Positions 1 to 9,347 of a DNA stretch of 56,509 bases are shown here, one piece after another. The position numbers and the translations under genes are program-made. The stretch is from contig CASXBC010000005.1 of the NCBI GenBank assembly GCA_949474265.1, forward strand, positions 1-56,509, written 5' to 3'. The stretch's first letter is position 1. Each line of letters opens with the position of its first letter. The notes under the pieces are model-generated. The model was not told the origin of the DNA. It saw only the letters and a list, made by a program, of their open reading frames with translations, and searched no databases. The stretch is from an uncultured bacterium (GTDB taxonomy: Bacteria; Bacillota; Clostridia; Christensenellales; UBA1242).

Positions 1-2463
1 CTTCCAAAAGAAATGGCTCTTGAACTTTTCAAACCATTTATTATCAACAGACTTATTGATTTGAATGAATCAAACAACATCAAGAGTGCAAAACGTATGA
101 TTGAAAGAGAAAAACCAATCGTTTGGGATGTGCTTGCTGATGTTATTAAAGACCATCCTGTTTTACTCAACAGAGCTCCTACTCTTCACAGACTTTCAGT
201 GCAAGCTTTTGAGCCTGTGCTTGTTGAAGGAAGAGCTATTAAACTTCACCCATCTGTTTGTGCTGCGTTCAACGCTGACTTCGATGGTGACCAAATGCCT
301 GTTCACATTCCACTTTCAATTGATGCAAGAACTGAAGCTAGAATGTTGATGCTTGCTTCAAACAACATTTTGAAACTTGCTGATGGTGAGCCAATCGTAA
401 CTCCTGCACAGGACGTTGTGCTTGGATGTTATTATTTGACACTCTTGAGACCTGGTGCAAAGGGTGAAGGCTCAATTTTCGCATCTAAAAATGAAGTTAT
501 CTATGCTTATCAAACCAAAAATTTGGATTTGCAAGCTGAAATTACTGTTAGACTTTCAAAAGAAGTTGATGGAAAAACTTACACGAAGAGAGTTACTACT
601 TCTGCTGGAAGAATTTTGTTTAACAATGTTATTCCTCAAAACTTGGGATATGTTGACAGAAGCAATCCTGAAAATCTTTGCGAACTTGAAATCAATAAAG
701 AAGTTAAGAAGAAGGATTTGGGCAAGATTGTTGCTGATTGTTATGCAAGATTTGGAACTACTGAATGTTCTAAATTGGTTGATAGACTCAAAGAAATTGG
801 TTATAAATATTCAACTTTGGCATCAGTTTCTGTAAACATTTATGATATTCAAGAGCCAGCTGAAAAGGCAGAAATCTTGAAAGAAGCTGAAGCGAAAGTT
901 CTTGAAAATGAAAAGTTGCTTAGACGTGGACTTATTACGCTTGATGAAAAAGTAAGTGAAAACGTTGGAATTTGGAATGAAGCTACACAACAAGTTCAAA
1001 ATGCTGTTGTGAAAGATATGGATAAATTTAACCCATTCAACCTTATGGTTGGTTCTGGAGCTCGTGGTAATGCCGTTCAGTTGAACCAAGACTGTGGTAT
1101 GATTGGTATTAAAGCAACTGCTTCCGGTGTTAAGAATGATACACCAATCAAATCTTCATTTAAACAAGGTTTGTCTCCAATCGAATACTTTATCAACTCT
1201 CGTGGTTCGAGAAAAGGTTTGTCAGATACAGCTTTGAAAACCGCTGACTCTGGTTATCTTACAAGAAGACTTGTTGATATTGCTCAAGATATTGTCATTA
1301 CTACTGAAGACTGTTTTGAAGATGCTGGTGAAAAAGTTAAGGGTGTTATTGTTTCGGACCTTGTTTCTGATGGTTTTGTTCAAGAGACTCTTGATGAAAG
1401 AATCTATGGAAGAGTTACTGTAAATAATATTGTTGACCCTAAGACAAAAGATATCATTGTTCCTGCAAACACAATGATTTCTAAAGAACAAGCTATGGCT
1501 GTTGTTAAGGCTGGAATCAAAGAAGTTGAGATTCGTTCACTTATCACTTGCCGTTGCAAACATGGTGTTTGTGCAAAATGTTATGGCAGAAGCATGGCTG
1601 GAAAAGATATGGTTACTTTGGGTGAGGCTGTTGGTATTATTGCGGCTCAGTCAATTGGTGAACCTGGTACACAGCTTACTATGAGAACTTTCCATACCGG
1701 TGGTGCTGCCGTTGCTGCGGATATTACTCAAGGTCTTCCTAGAGTTGAAGAAATTTTTGAAGCAAGAAGACCTAAGGGTGAGTGTTTGCTTGCTGAGGTT
1801 TCTGGAAAAGTTAAGATTAAGGAAGATGCAAAAACTTATCAAATCACAATCATCACAGGTGAAGGCGACATTGATTATGAAGTTAGAAAACCTGCTGTTC
1901 TTAAAGTTAAGAATGGAGAAATGGTTGAACCTGGTACACAGCTTACTGCTGGTGCAATCAATCCATCTGACCTTCTTGTTACAAAGGGACTTAAGGGACT
2001 TCAACAATACTTGCTTACTGAAGTTATCTCTGTTTATAGAAGCCAGGATGTTAAAGTTAATGACAAGCATATAGAAATTATCATAAGACAAATGCTTAAG
2101 AAAGTTAAGATTGAAGACTCTGGAGATACAAACTTGCTCACAGGAGATGTTGTTGATATATCTAAATGTGATGAAGAAAATGAGAGAGTGCTTAGAGAAG
2201 GTGGAAGACCTGCTATTGCAAGAAGAATACTTCTCGGTATTACAAAAGCATCTCTTTCTACTGAAAGCTTCTTGTCGGCATCTTCATTCCAAGAGACTTC
2301 AAGAGTTCTTACAGATGCTGCTCTTAAGGGCAAAGTTGACAACTTGCTTGGTATTAAAGAAAATGTTATTATTGGAAAACTCATTCCTGCTGGAACAGGC
2401 CTTAAGAAGTATAGAACAGTTGTTCCTGTAAAAGTAGAGAATGAAGAATCAGTTGCTGAATAG
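1..2463 (+). CDS. rpoC: DNA-directed RNA polymerase beta' subunit, C-terminal part (5' end outside window)
   Basis: Frame open from base 1 ([13 protein letters not shown]); [17 protein letters not shown] catalytic loop, [11 protein letters not shown] bridge helix, [13 protein letters not shown] trigger loop, GKLIPAGTG. Confidence 0.99.
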   Translation, partial: LPKEMALELFKPFIINRLIDLNESNNIKSAKRMIEREKPIVWDVLADVIKDHPVLLNRAPTLHRLSVQAFEPVLVEGRAIKLHPSVCAAFNADFDGDQMPVHIPLSIDARTEARMLMLASNNILKLADGEPIVTPAQDVVLGCYYLTLLRPGAKGEGSIFASKNEVIYAYQTKNLDLQAEITVRLSKEVDGKTYTKRVTTSAGRILFNNVIPQNLGYVDRSNPENLCELEINKEVKKKDLGKIVADCYARFGTTECSKLVDRLKEIGYKYSTLASVSVNIYDIQEPAEKAEILKEAEAKVLENEKLLRRGLITLDEKVSENVGIWNEATQQVQNAVVKDMDKFNPFNLMVGSGARGNAVQLNQDCGMIGIKATASGVKNDTPIKSSFKQGLSPIEYFINSRGSRKGLSDTALKTADSGYLTRRLVDIAQDIVITTEDCFEDAGEKVKGVIVSDLVSDGFVQETLDERIYGRVTVNNIVDPKTKDIIVPANTMISKEQAMAVVKAGIKEVEIRSLITCRCKHGVCAKCYGRSMAGKDMVTLGEAVGIIAAQSIGEPGTQLTMRTFHTGGAAVAADITQGLPRVEEIFEARRPKGECLLAEVSGKVKIKEDAKTYQITIITGEGDIDYEVRKPAVLKVKNGEMVEPGTQLTAGAINPSDLLVTKGLKGLQQYLLTEVISVYRSQDVKVNDKHIEIIIRQMLKKVKIEDSGDTNLLTGDVVDISKCDEENERVLREGGRPAIARRILLGITKASLSTESFLSASSFQETSRVLTDAALKGKVDNLLGIKENVIIGKLIPAGTGLKKYRTVVPVKVENEESVAE

Positions 2464-2502
2464 TTGATTTGGTAAATTGGTATTATTTGAAAATATTAGC
2501 TA

Positions 2503-2530
2503 AAAAAAGACTGAAATTTCAGTCTTTTTT
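2503..2530 (+). terminator. Intrinsic terminator after rpoC
   Basis: Perfect palindrome aaaaaagactgaaa/tttcagtctttttt followed by more T. Confidence 0.85.
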
Positions 2531-2541
2531 CTTTTTTGATA

Positions 2542-2570
2542 TTGAAATAGAAGTTTGTTGATGTTATAAT
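2542..2570 (+). promoter_or_regulatory. Sigma-A type promoter
   Basis: TTGAAA-17nt-TATAAT with extended TG, upstream of the ORF at 2597. Confidence 0.7.
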
Positions 2571-2596
2571 ATAACATATTAAAAGTGAGATAAATT

Positions 2597-3697
2597 GTGA
2601 ACACAGAAAATGCTAAAAACGAAATAAATTATTTTAATAATTTGAATCTTAATCCTTTGGTTAGAGATAAAAATCTTTATGACTATGTTGTGCTTGATTC
2701 AAGGTTTATGTACCAATTTGAAAATGGTACAGCTTACAAAGAAATTAAAAATGCTGAGAATGGAAAAGTTGAAGGAGTGGTTTATCTTGGCAATAGAGGT
2801 TTGTCTTACGAGGCTTATAAAACAATTAAGCCTCAGCTTTCTTTTTTAGCCAAGCAAGGCTATGATAAGGCAATTGCAAGATATTTGTTTTTGGAAGACC
2901 CAGAAAATTGGGATACTGAGATTGTTGCTAAAGCAAGAGAAATTGAAAAGCTTGATATTAAGACTCCAGAACAATGGGAGGTTGTTGCTCATTTGCACTT
3001 GTCTGATGAAGTAGTGCTTCAATTTGATGATGAAGTTTTTAGAGAATTTAATTTTGAAGCAGAAAAACTCGGCGTGAAGAACATGAAAGATTTGTATTAC
3101 CAAATAAGGCAATATTATAATATGTTTAACGAATGTGAAAATGAATATCATCATAGAAGGTATCAGGATTTATATACCTCTGAAATCATGAGTAGAGATG
3201 AGTTTGCTAAGAGGGTTGGCAGTTATTACAAAAAATTTCTAACCTTGACCAAAAGTATGTTAGTTCAGTGTCCAAAGTTTGTCTCGGCAGTTAGACATGC
3301 ACAGGTAGGTTATTATGCAAGATATTTCAACGGAAAGAAAGATATTTTGGATTTAAGCAGTTTTATGTCTCTAAAAGTAAGACCATACAGTTTTTTGCTT
3401 CCTGTTGAAGTTATCAGAAAAATAAATGGCGGAAAACAGTATTTCAACGAGCATTACGGAAGATTTTTGAAAAAAGATTTTAAGAGAATGAGAAGATGTA
3501 AAACAATTAGTGCTTATGACAACACAATTAATGGCTATGCTGTGATAAATGGTGTGGATAAAATTGAAGGGGCTTGCGGTTTTGTTGATTTTGCTAGAGT
3601 GGGTAGAAAAAGCAGGATGACCCTTTCATCTCTTGCAAAAAATAATACTACTGAGGAAAAGAAAGTTACAACACTTCAGAGCGAACTTGTACATTGA
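2597..3697 (+). CDS. Hypothetical protein (366 aa, no recognised domain)
   Basis: Long ORF with GTG start and its own promoter; no signal peptide or TM segment. Confidence 0.75.
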   Translation: MNTENAKNEINYFNNLNLNPLVRDKNLYDYVVLDSRFMYQFENGTAYKEIKNAENGKVEGVVYLGNRGLSYEAYKTIKPQLSFLAKQGYDKAIARYLFLEDPENWDTEIVAKAREIEKLDIKTPEQWEVVAHLHLSDEVVLQFDDEVFREFNFEAEKLGVKNMKDLYYQIRQYYNMFNECENEYHHRRYQDLYTSEIMSRDEFAKRVGSYYKKFLTLTKSMLVQCPKFVSAVRHAQVGYYARYFNGKKDILDLSSFMSLKVRPYSFLLPVEVIRKINGGKQYFNEHYGRFLKKDFKRMRRCKTISAYDNTINGYAVINGVDKIEGACGFVDFARVGRKSRMTLSSLAKNNTTEEKKVTTLQSELVH

Positions 3698-3786
3698 TAT
3701 ATTGACATTTGTGCATTTTTTGATTTTTAATAAAAATATTTTGAACGAAAAAGTTAATTTTGTTATAATAAATTTAATAGGAGAAA

Positions 3787-4455
3787 ATGGCAGTGAGCAA
3801 AGGAAGTAAGTTTTGGATTTTTGGATTGTTTTTAGCTTGCAGTATATTTGCAATTCTTGGCGGCGTATTTACTACTTTTTCAAGCATAGCATCAATTGTT
3901 ATGTTTGTGTTTGCGGTGATTTTCTTTGTGTTTGCCATTATGGTAGTAATAATTTACAACCACATGGTGACCTATAGAAATAAGGTTAGGGAGAGTCTTG
4001 CATTGATAGATATTCAACTTAAGATGCGTTTTGACCTCATACCTAATCTTGTTGAATCTGTTAAAGGGTACACAAAGCACGAGGAAAAAGTCTTTAAATC
4101 AATTGCAAGGCTCAGAAACAGTGCAATGAAAACAACTGATGAGAAAGAGAAGGTGCAATTTGCAAATAAAGTTGTGCCAATGATGAAGAGCATTATTGCA
4201 ATTGCCGAGGATTATCCAGAGCTTAAAAGCGGAGTGCTTTTTCAAGATTTAATGGAACAACTTTCGGATGTTGAAGATAGAATTGCTGCTTCAAGAAGAA
4301 TTTATGATATGAATGTAAATGAATATAACACTTTATTAGAGCAATTTCCAAACACACTTTTTTCCAAATCATTTGGCTTTGAAAGAATGGAGTTGTTTAA
4401 AATTGACACTGCAGAGAGAATTATTGAAAAAATTTCTTTAGAGGAAGCTGAATAA
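3787..4455 (+). CDS. lemA: LemA family membrane protein
   Basis: N-terminal TMs, IDIQLKMRFDLIPNLVESVKGY, AEDYPELKS, EDRIAASRRIYD, FPN; promoter TTGAAC-17-TATAAT at 3741-3769 and SD AGGAG. Confidence 0.92.
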   Translation: MAVSKGSKFWIFGLFLACSIFAILGGVFTTFSSIASIVMFVFAVIFFVFAIMVVIIYNHMVTYRNKVRESLALIDIQLKMRFDLIPNLVESVKGYTKHEEKVFKSIARLRNSAMKTTDEKEKVQFANKVVPMMKSIIAIAEDYPELKSGVLFQDLMEQLSDVEDRIAASRRIYDMNVNEYNTLLEQFPNTLFSKSFGFERMELFKIDTAERIIEKISLEEAE

Positions 4456-4457
4456 TT

Positions 4458-5393
4458 ATGGTTTCAAAAGAGAAGTTTGATGAGTTTAAAAGAACTCTTT
4501 TCACAGATAAGGAAATAAAAAAGTATCAAAAAAGCACTCAAAAACAAAAGTTTGTTGAAATGATAATTTGTTTTATTGAAGTTGCGATGATAATTGGGAT
4601 TTTTGTCATTGCACTGCTTAGAATAAATGTTGTTGCAGCCATTTTTTTAGCTTTGTGGTTTGGTATTCTTGTTGGCTCCATAACTTTCGGAATAACAAAA
4701 ACTATCAAAAAGAAAAGAATTGAAAAACTTAGACGAGAAAAAATTCCGAGATTAATTAAGTTTTTGGTTGGAGACCAATTAAACTTGTTTGCAATGGATG
4801 AGTTTTTGCCTAAGGAGTCTTTTGAAGCTTCAGGGTTTGCAGGAGGCTATGACTTTTATAAAGGTGAAGATTTGATTGATGTTGACATACCAAAAGATAA
4901 TGGAAAAAGGTCAGGAGTTTCTTTCAAAGCATGTGACTTGAGAGTGACTAGAGAACAAACTGATAGTGATGGTCACAAAAGCACTGTGGTAGTGTATTGT
5001 GGTGCATTTTGCAGTGTTGATTTTCCATTTGAATTTAAGTGCAAACTTGCAATAAACAGCAGTCTTAAAGGTGTGAAAAAGATTAAATTGGAAGATGTGT
5101 CTTTCAATAAGGAATTTCAAGTGTTTACAAACAATCAGGTAGAGGCTCTTTGTATACTTACTCCAACTATGATGCAAAAGATTGTAGAGCTTAGAAAAAT
5201 AACAAAAAAACTTAAAATTTCTATTTTTAACAATCATCTGTATATAGGTTTTCCAGACTTTAATCTTTTTGAGTTTGGGAAAATTAATAGGGACTTGAAC
5301 GAAGCAATATTCGATGAGATTTATGAGGATGTTGCATTACTGCTTGCCATTGTGGATGAAATAAAAACAAATAATAAAGTTTTTAAAATTTGA
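4458..5393 (+). CDS. DUF3137-like membrane protein (usual LemA partner)
   Basis: Two N-terminal TMs; KLEDVSFNKEFQVFTNNQVEALCILTPTMMQKI motif; 2 nt after lemA stop. Confidence 0.8.
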   Translation: MVSKEKFDEFKRTLFTDKEIKKYQKSTQKQKFVEMIICFIEVAMIIGIFVIALLRINVVAAIFLALWFGILVGSITFGITKTIKKKRIEKLRREKIPRLIKFLVGDQLNLFAMDEFLPKESFEASGFAGGYDFYKGEDLIDVDIPKDNGKRSGVSFKACDLRVTREQTDSDGHKSTVVVYCGAFCSVDFPFEFKCKLAINSSLKGVKKIKLEDVSFNKEFQVFTNNQVEALCILTPTMMQKIVELRKITKKLKISIFNNHLYIGFPDFNLFEFGKINRDLNEAIFDEIYEDVALLLAIVDEIKTNNKVFKI

Positions 5394-5394
5394 T

Positions 5395-5430
5395 AAAGAA
5401 GAAAATTAAAAAATATTTTCTTCTTTTTTT
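5395..5430 (+). terminator. Intrinsic terminator
   Basis: aaagaagaaaat...attttcttcttt stem plus T-run. Confidence 0.65.
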
Positions 5431-5440
5431 ATGAAAGTAG

Positions 5441-5490
5441 TTGACACAACAGAAAAAATATTGTATTATAATTACGAAATTACATAAACA
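5441..5490 (+). promoter_or_regulatory. Sigma-A promoter with AATTAC direct repeats (possible autoregulatory operator)
   Basis: TTGACA-17-TATTAT followed by aattac-ga-aattac. Confidence 0.5.
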
Positions 5491-5532
5491 CATAATAACT
5501 ATGTATTATAATAATTTTAAAAGGAGACAGGG

Positions 5533-6060
5533 ATGGAGAAAAATAATCAACTTATTGAAAGAATAAGTAAGATTGAAGCTCGCTTGGATAATCTTGAGAA
5601 AATGAGATTAAGAGAATGTAAAAATATTCCAGCTGAGATGATTCAATCAGAAAAGTCTGTGAATAGTAAAACTTCAAATATTAATGTTGGAATGCTTAGT
5701 TATTGCGGAAAGTATGAATCACCAGATGGAGAAATAGCGGCAAACTTTGGAGGAGATGTCTATATTCCGAACATCTTGAAGACAAATTCAAGGGATTTGG
5801 CACAAGTTATTGATGCGTTTTCAAGTGAAGATAGGATTAATATTGTTAAGCTTCTTTTGAAAAAATCATTATCAGCAAAAGAGATTATGGAAATTCTTGA
5901 CTTTCCTACAACAGGCAAGGTTTATCATCATTTATCATTTTTGGAAAAGCTTGGAATCATACGTAAAAATAACGAAAAATTTTCTATTTCAGGAAGATAT
6001 ATTTCTTGTGTTGTGTTTATTATTTTGGGCGTATCAAAAATTGTTGAGGAGGGGAGATAA
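5533..6060 (+). CDS. ArsR-like winged-helix transcriptional regulator
   Basis: AFSSEDRINIVKLL...TTGKVYHHLSFLEKLGII wHTH; SD AAGGAG. Confidence 0.85.
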   Translation: MEKNNQLIERISKIEARLDNLEKMRLRECKNIPAEMIQSEKSVNSKTSNINVGMLSYCGKYESPDGEIAANFGGDVYIPNILKTNSRDLAQVIDAFSSEDRINIVKLLLKKSLSAKEIMEILDFPTTGKVYHHLSFLEKLGIIRKNNEKFSISGRYISCVVFIILGVSKIVEEGR

Positions 6061-6062
6061 TT

Positions 6063-7016
6063 ATGAAAGAAATTCAAATTGGAATTGATAAAAGAACAGA
6101 GGTAATGAGTGTGCTTTTGTACATTTCAAATTATCGAAAGGAGTTTCCAAATCTTATTAATTACAATAGAGATATACCTTATATAAATGATGTTTTTGAG
6201 ACTTTTTCAAAATTCTCTGGACATAAAACGGTGCTTCTTCTAAATGAAATCATTGAGAATTTTTCATTTAGTTATGATGCTCCCTATGTGCTTTCTTCTC
6301 AATTAAAGGAAGATTTTACAATGGGAGAGCTTTTACCTTATCCATACAAGAATAGACTTAAATCGAGTGCATTAGTAGTTGAATTTATGGATTCGGTGAA
6401 AGACTTTGTTGAAGACAGCAATTTTGAAGACTTTTTTGCTGGACATCAAGATGTTTATGATAAATGGATAGAGCAATTTAAAAGCACAATTAGATTGGAT
6501 TATTTATCAAAATTTGAAGAGTTTTTTGGTGTTGAACTGCAAAAAAATTACATTATAAATCTTTTGCCAATGACAGCTTATAATGGTATGTATTATGATT
6601 ATAGAAATAAGGGAAATTTTGTTATTTATTTTAGAAACAGTGGAAACAACACTATAAGATTTGATGTAAATGGAGGGAACACTGCTCGTATTTTTAATGT
6701 TTTTGCAACCTCTTTAATAAGAAAAATAATTGAAGAACAAAGACTCAATGTGCCAATGAGCAAGGATTTTGATGAAATTTTAAAAATGAAATATACTGCA
6801 AGTTCAAACTTACAATATATTTGTGGAGAAGTTTCAGCAGTTTTGGAGAATATGCTTCATGATGAGGTTTGTCCTAAAGGTGAAAAAAGAGGGTTAGAAA
6901 GCATTAACACAAAACATCCTGAGAGGTTAAAAAAGATTTATGAAATCTTTGAAATCTGGAAAAAGGGAAAGTCAGAGTTTTGTTCGGCTTTGCAAGAAGC
7001 TTTAATTTTATACTAA
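6063..7016 (+). CDS. DUF4932-like protein
   Basis: N-terminal IDKRTEVMSVL, FSYDAP, DFVEDSNFEDFF; directly follows the ArsR gene. Confidence 0.6.
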   Translation: MKEIQIGIDKRTEVMSVLLYISNYRKEFPNLINYNRDIPYINDVFETFSKFSGHKTVLLLNEIIENFSFSYDAPYVLSSQLKEDFTMGELLPYPYKNRLKSSALVVEFMDSVKDFVEDSNFEDFFAGHQDVYDKWIEQFKSTIRLDYLSKFEEFFGVELQKNYIINLLPMTAYNGMYYDYRNKGNFVIYFRNSGNNTIRFDVNGGNTARIFNVFATSLIRKIIEEQRLNVPMSKDFDEILKMKYTASSNLQYICGEVSAVLENMLHDEVCPKGEKRGLESINTKHPERLKKIYEIFEIWKKGKSEFCSALQEALILY

Positions 7017-7045
7017 TATAAATTTATGTATTTTTATTGTAGATT

Positions 7046-7082
7046 AAATAAAGCAGAGACAAAATTTGTCTCTGCTTTATTT
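7046..7082. terminator. Bidirectional intrinsic terminator
   Basis: aaataaagcagagacaaa-a-tttgtctctgctttattt inverted repeat between convergent genes. Confidence 0.85.
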
Positions 7083-7725
7083 TTTGTAGCCAGCTTTGAT
7101 GCTGTTTTTGTCAATAAATCTTTGCAAAATTTTTCCTTGTTTTCTTGCCAATTTTTGACCTGTTTTTGTTTTAATAAATTGCATTTCTGGCAACATTGTG
7201 CGATAAACATAGTGAGTTGTGGAATAAGGCTTTATGTTTGGAAGATAGTCATCAATGTCAAGGGGATATCTGCCATCATAAAAAGGTATGCCTCTTGTAA
7301 TACAATAAGTTTTTGTCCTTTTAAGTCCAATTTTTCCCACTGCATCCAAAATATCTGCATCTTGCAAAATCATTAATTCTTTTGAAATATTTTGGTCATG
7401 AGATTTGTTATCATGATTTTTTATTATATCTAAAATCTCTTCTAAGGTGCTTTCTTCAATGTGGATTTCTTTATCTTCAGTTAAAAGATTTTTAACATAA
7501 GGTATTGATTCTTCAGCTGACACATATTTTTCTTTGCTTGACAGCACTCTATGAGTATCATGAAAGAGCACAGAAATTAAAATGGTCCAAATCCCCCCCC
7601 TCAGCTTTCTGGATTTTTTTTGCATATTTAAGGCAACGCTTAATGTGAGAAAAATCATGACCTGTTGGCTCATTTTTATATAATTTTTTTGCTTTTCTAT
7701 ATAATATTTTATATATTTTATCCAT
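7077..7725 (-). pseudogene. HD-domain phosphohydrolase (YedJ/YpgQ-like), split by a frameshift near a G8 tract
   Basis: Frame 1: MDKIY...GHDFSHIKRC...AEGG; frame 2: ILISVLFHD...HD...QDADILDAVGKIGLKR; junction at 7580-7600. Confidence 0.85.
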
Positions 7726-7856
7726 AATTAAGGATAACATATTTTAGGTTCAATGTCAAAAGTTTATTTGTTTTTAGACAAATTTTGCTCTTTTTCTTGC
7801 GTAATTGCTAGAAGATTTTATATAATAAATTTAAGTTTATTACAAAGGTTGAGTTT

Positions 7857-8942
7857 ATGAGCATATTTTTGAATATTCTATTTTTGATTTTGGGTATGGG
7901 GCTTTTAATCAAGGGAGCTGACTTTTTTGTTGAGGGAGCTAGTGCTGTTGCTAAGAGATTTAAAATCCCTTCAATGCTGATTGGGCTTACTGTGGTTGCA
8001 ATTGGCACAAGTTTGCCAGAGCTTTCAGTCAGTTTGGCAAGTGCATTTAAGCACAGTGTTGATATGTCTGTTGGAAATGTTATTGGCTCAAACATGATGA
8101 ACATGCTTCTTATTTTGGGTATAGTAATGTTGATAAAACCTGTGCCAATCAAAAGGTCTACCAAAAGAATTGACTTGCCATTTATGTTGGGGATTACTTT
8201 GCTTTTGCTTTTGTTTAGTGCGGATGTGATTTTGAATGCGGCAAATGGAAATGTTATTTCAAGAACAGAAAGCTTAATTTTTTTACTTGCACTTGTTGTT
8301 TATATGACAATGACAATTATGAATGCAAAAAAAGAGCATAAGCTTTTGTTTGAAAATCCAGAGCTTGAGGCTAAACTTGCCGAGGAGGAAAAGCAGGAGC
8401 CTGTAAGTGAAGATGATGGCACAGAAGAGAATGGAAAATCTAAGCGTAAGAAAAAGAAAAAAAATAAAGTAAAGAAAGAGCTTAAGGTTTGGCAAATAGT
8501 TTCATTTATTCTCTTTGGACTTGGAGCGGTTGTTTTTGGAGCAGAATGCGTTTCGACCACTGCACAATTTTTGGCATTGAAGATAGGCATGAGTGAAGCA
8601 TTGGTTGGACTTACTGTCGTTGCAGTGGGGACAAGTTTGCCAGAACTTGCAACAAGCATAGCTGCATCTATCAAAGGCGAAAACGAAATGGCTCTTGGAA
8701 ACATAATTGGCTCTAATATTTTCAATATTGCATTGATTTTGGGCTCTGTTGGACTTATCACACAAATTTCTGTTTCAGCAACAATTTTGTGGGATTTGCT
8801 TATTTTGTCTGGATGTACAATTGCTTTTACGGTGCTTTGTGTCACTTGCAAAGAAAAATCAAGACGTTGGATTGGTGGAGTGCTGATTGCTATGTATGTT
8901 GCATATTTGACCTTTGCCATTGTGCGAAACTATTGTTTTTAG
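7857..8942 (+). CDS. Calcium/sodium:proton antiporter (YrbG/CaCA family)
   Basis: Two GLTVVA(I/V)GTSLPEL...GN(V/I)IGSN alpha-repeats; about 10 TMs. Confidence 0.93.
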   Translation: MSIFLNILFLILGMGLLIKGADFFVEGASAVAKRFKIPSMLIGLTVVAIGTSLPELSVSLASAFKHSVDMSVGNVIGSNMMNMLLILGIVMLIKPVPIKRSTKRIDLPFMLGITLLLLLFSADVILNAANGNVISRTESLIFLLALVVYMTMTIMNAKKEHKLLFENPELEAKLAEEEKQEPVSEDDGTEENGKSKRKKKKKNKVKKELKVWQIVSFILFGLGAVVFGAECVSTTAQFLALKIGMSEALVGLTVVAVGTSLPELATSIAASIKGENEMALGNIIGSNIFNIALILGSVGLITQISVSATILWDLLILSGCTIAFTVLCVTCKEKSRRWIGGVLIAMYVAYLTFAIVRNYCF

Positions 8943-8957
8943 ATAAATATATATAAT

Positions 8958-8988
8958 AAAACACACATCATTTATGGTGTGTGTTTTT
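8958..8988. terminator. Bidirectional terminator
   Basis: aaaacacacatca-ttta-tggtgtgtgtttt between convergent genes. Confidence 0.8.
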
Positions 8989-9232
8989 ATTCTATTTCAA
9001 GATTATTTGTATCGAAAAATGGACTATCTAAAAATTCGATTAAAGTCATATTAAAGCCTTGAGCTATTAACATTACTGTAGATAATGTTACAGTTTTGTT
9101 TTTCTCTTTAATTATGCAACCAAGTCGACTATGTGACAATCCGCTATTTTGCTCCAGCCTGTATTGCGACATATGTTTCTCATTTAAGAGTTGACATATT
9201 CGTAGGGCGACTGCTTTATTTACAGTCATCAT
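8987..9232 (-). CDS. XRE-family helix-turn-helix regulator
   Basis: MSQYRLEQNSGLSHSRL...TVTLSTVMLIAQGFNMTLIEFLD; SD GGAGG. Confidence 0.9.
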   Translation of the reverse strand: MMTVNKAVALRICQLLNEKHMSQYRLEQNSGLSHSRLGCIIKEKNKTVTLSTVMLIAQGFNMTLIEFLDSPFFDTNNLEIE

Positions 9233-9275
9233 ATAAAATCCTCCATATATAATTTATATTATCAAAACATGCAAA

Positions 9276-9323
9276 TAAATATACGCAAGTACACTTGCGT
9301 ATATTTAAAGTTTATGTTATAAT
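9276..9323. promoter_or_regulatory. 15-bp inverted repeat (putative XRE operator) overlapping the promoter of the Mrr gene
   Basis: TAAATATACGCAAGT-AC-ACTTGCGTATATTTA; right arm supplies TTGCGT-17-TATAAT (9295-9323). Confidence 0.75.
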
Positions 9324-9347
9324 TATTATTAATAAGTGGAGGTAAAA

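Noticed and set aside
101-2431. Many short alternative-frame and antisense ORFs inside rpoC, and similarly inside other long genes
   Set aside because: Expected codon-bias shadows with no SD or domain signal
7026-7376. 116-aa plus-strand ORF
   Set aside because: Antisense shadow of the HD gene that crosses a terminator
7077-7725. HD protein as the missing ppGpp hydrolase
   Set aside because: Motifs (GHD..H..R; QDAD.LDA.G.IG..R) are YedJ/YpgQ-type, not Mesh1/SAH-type (KLAD..HN)
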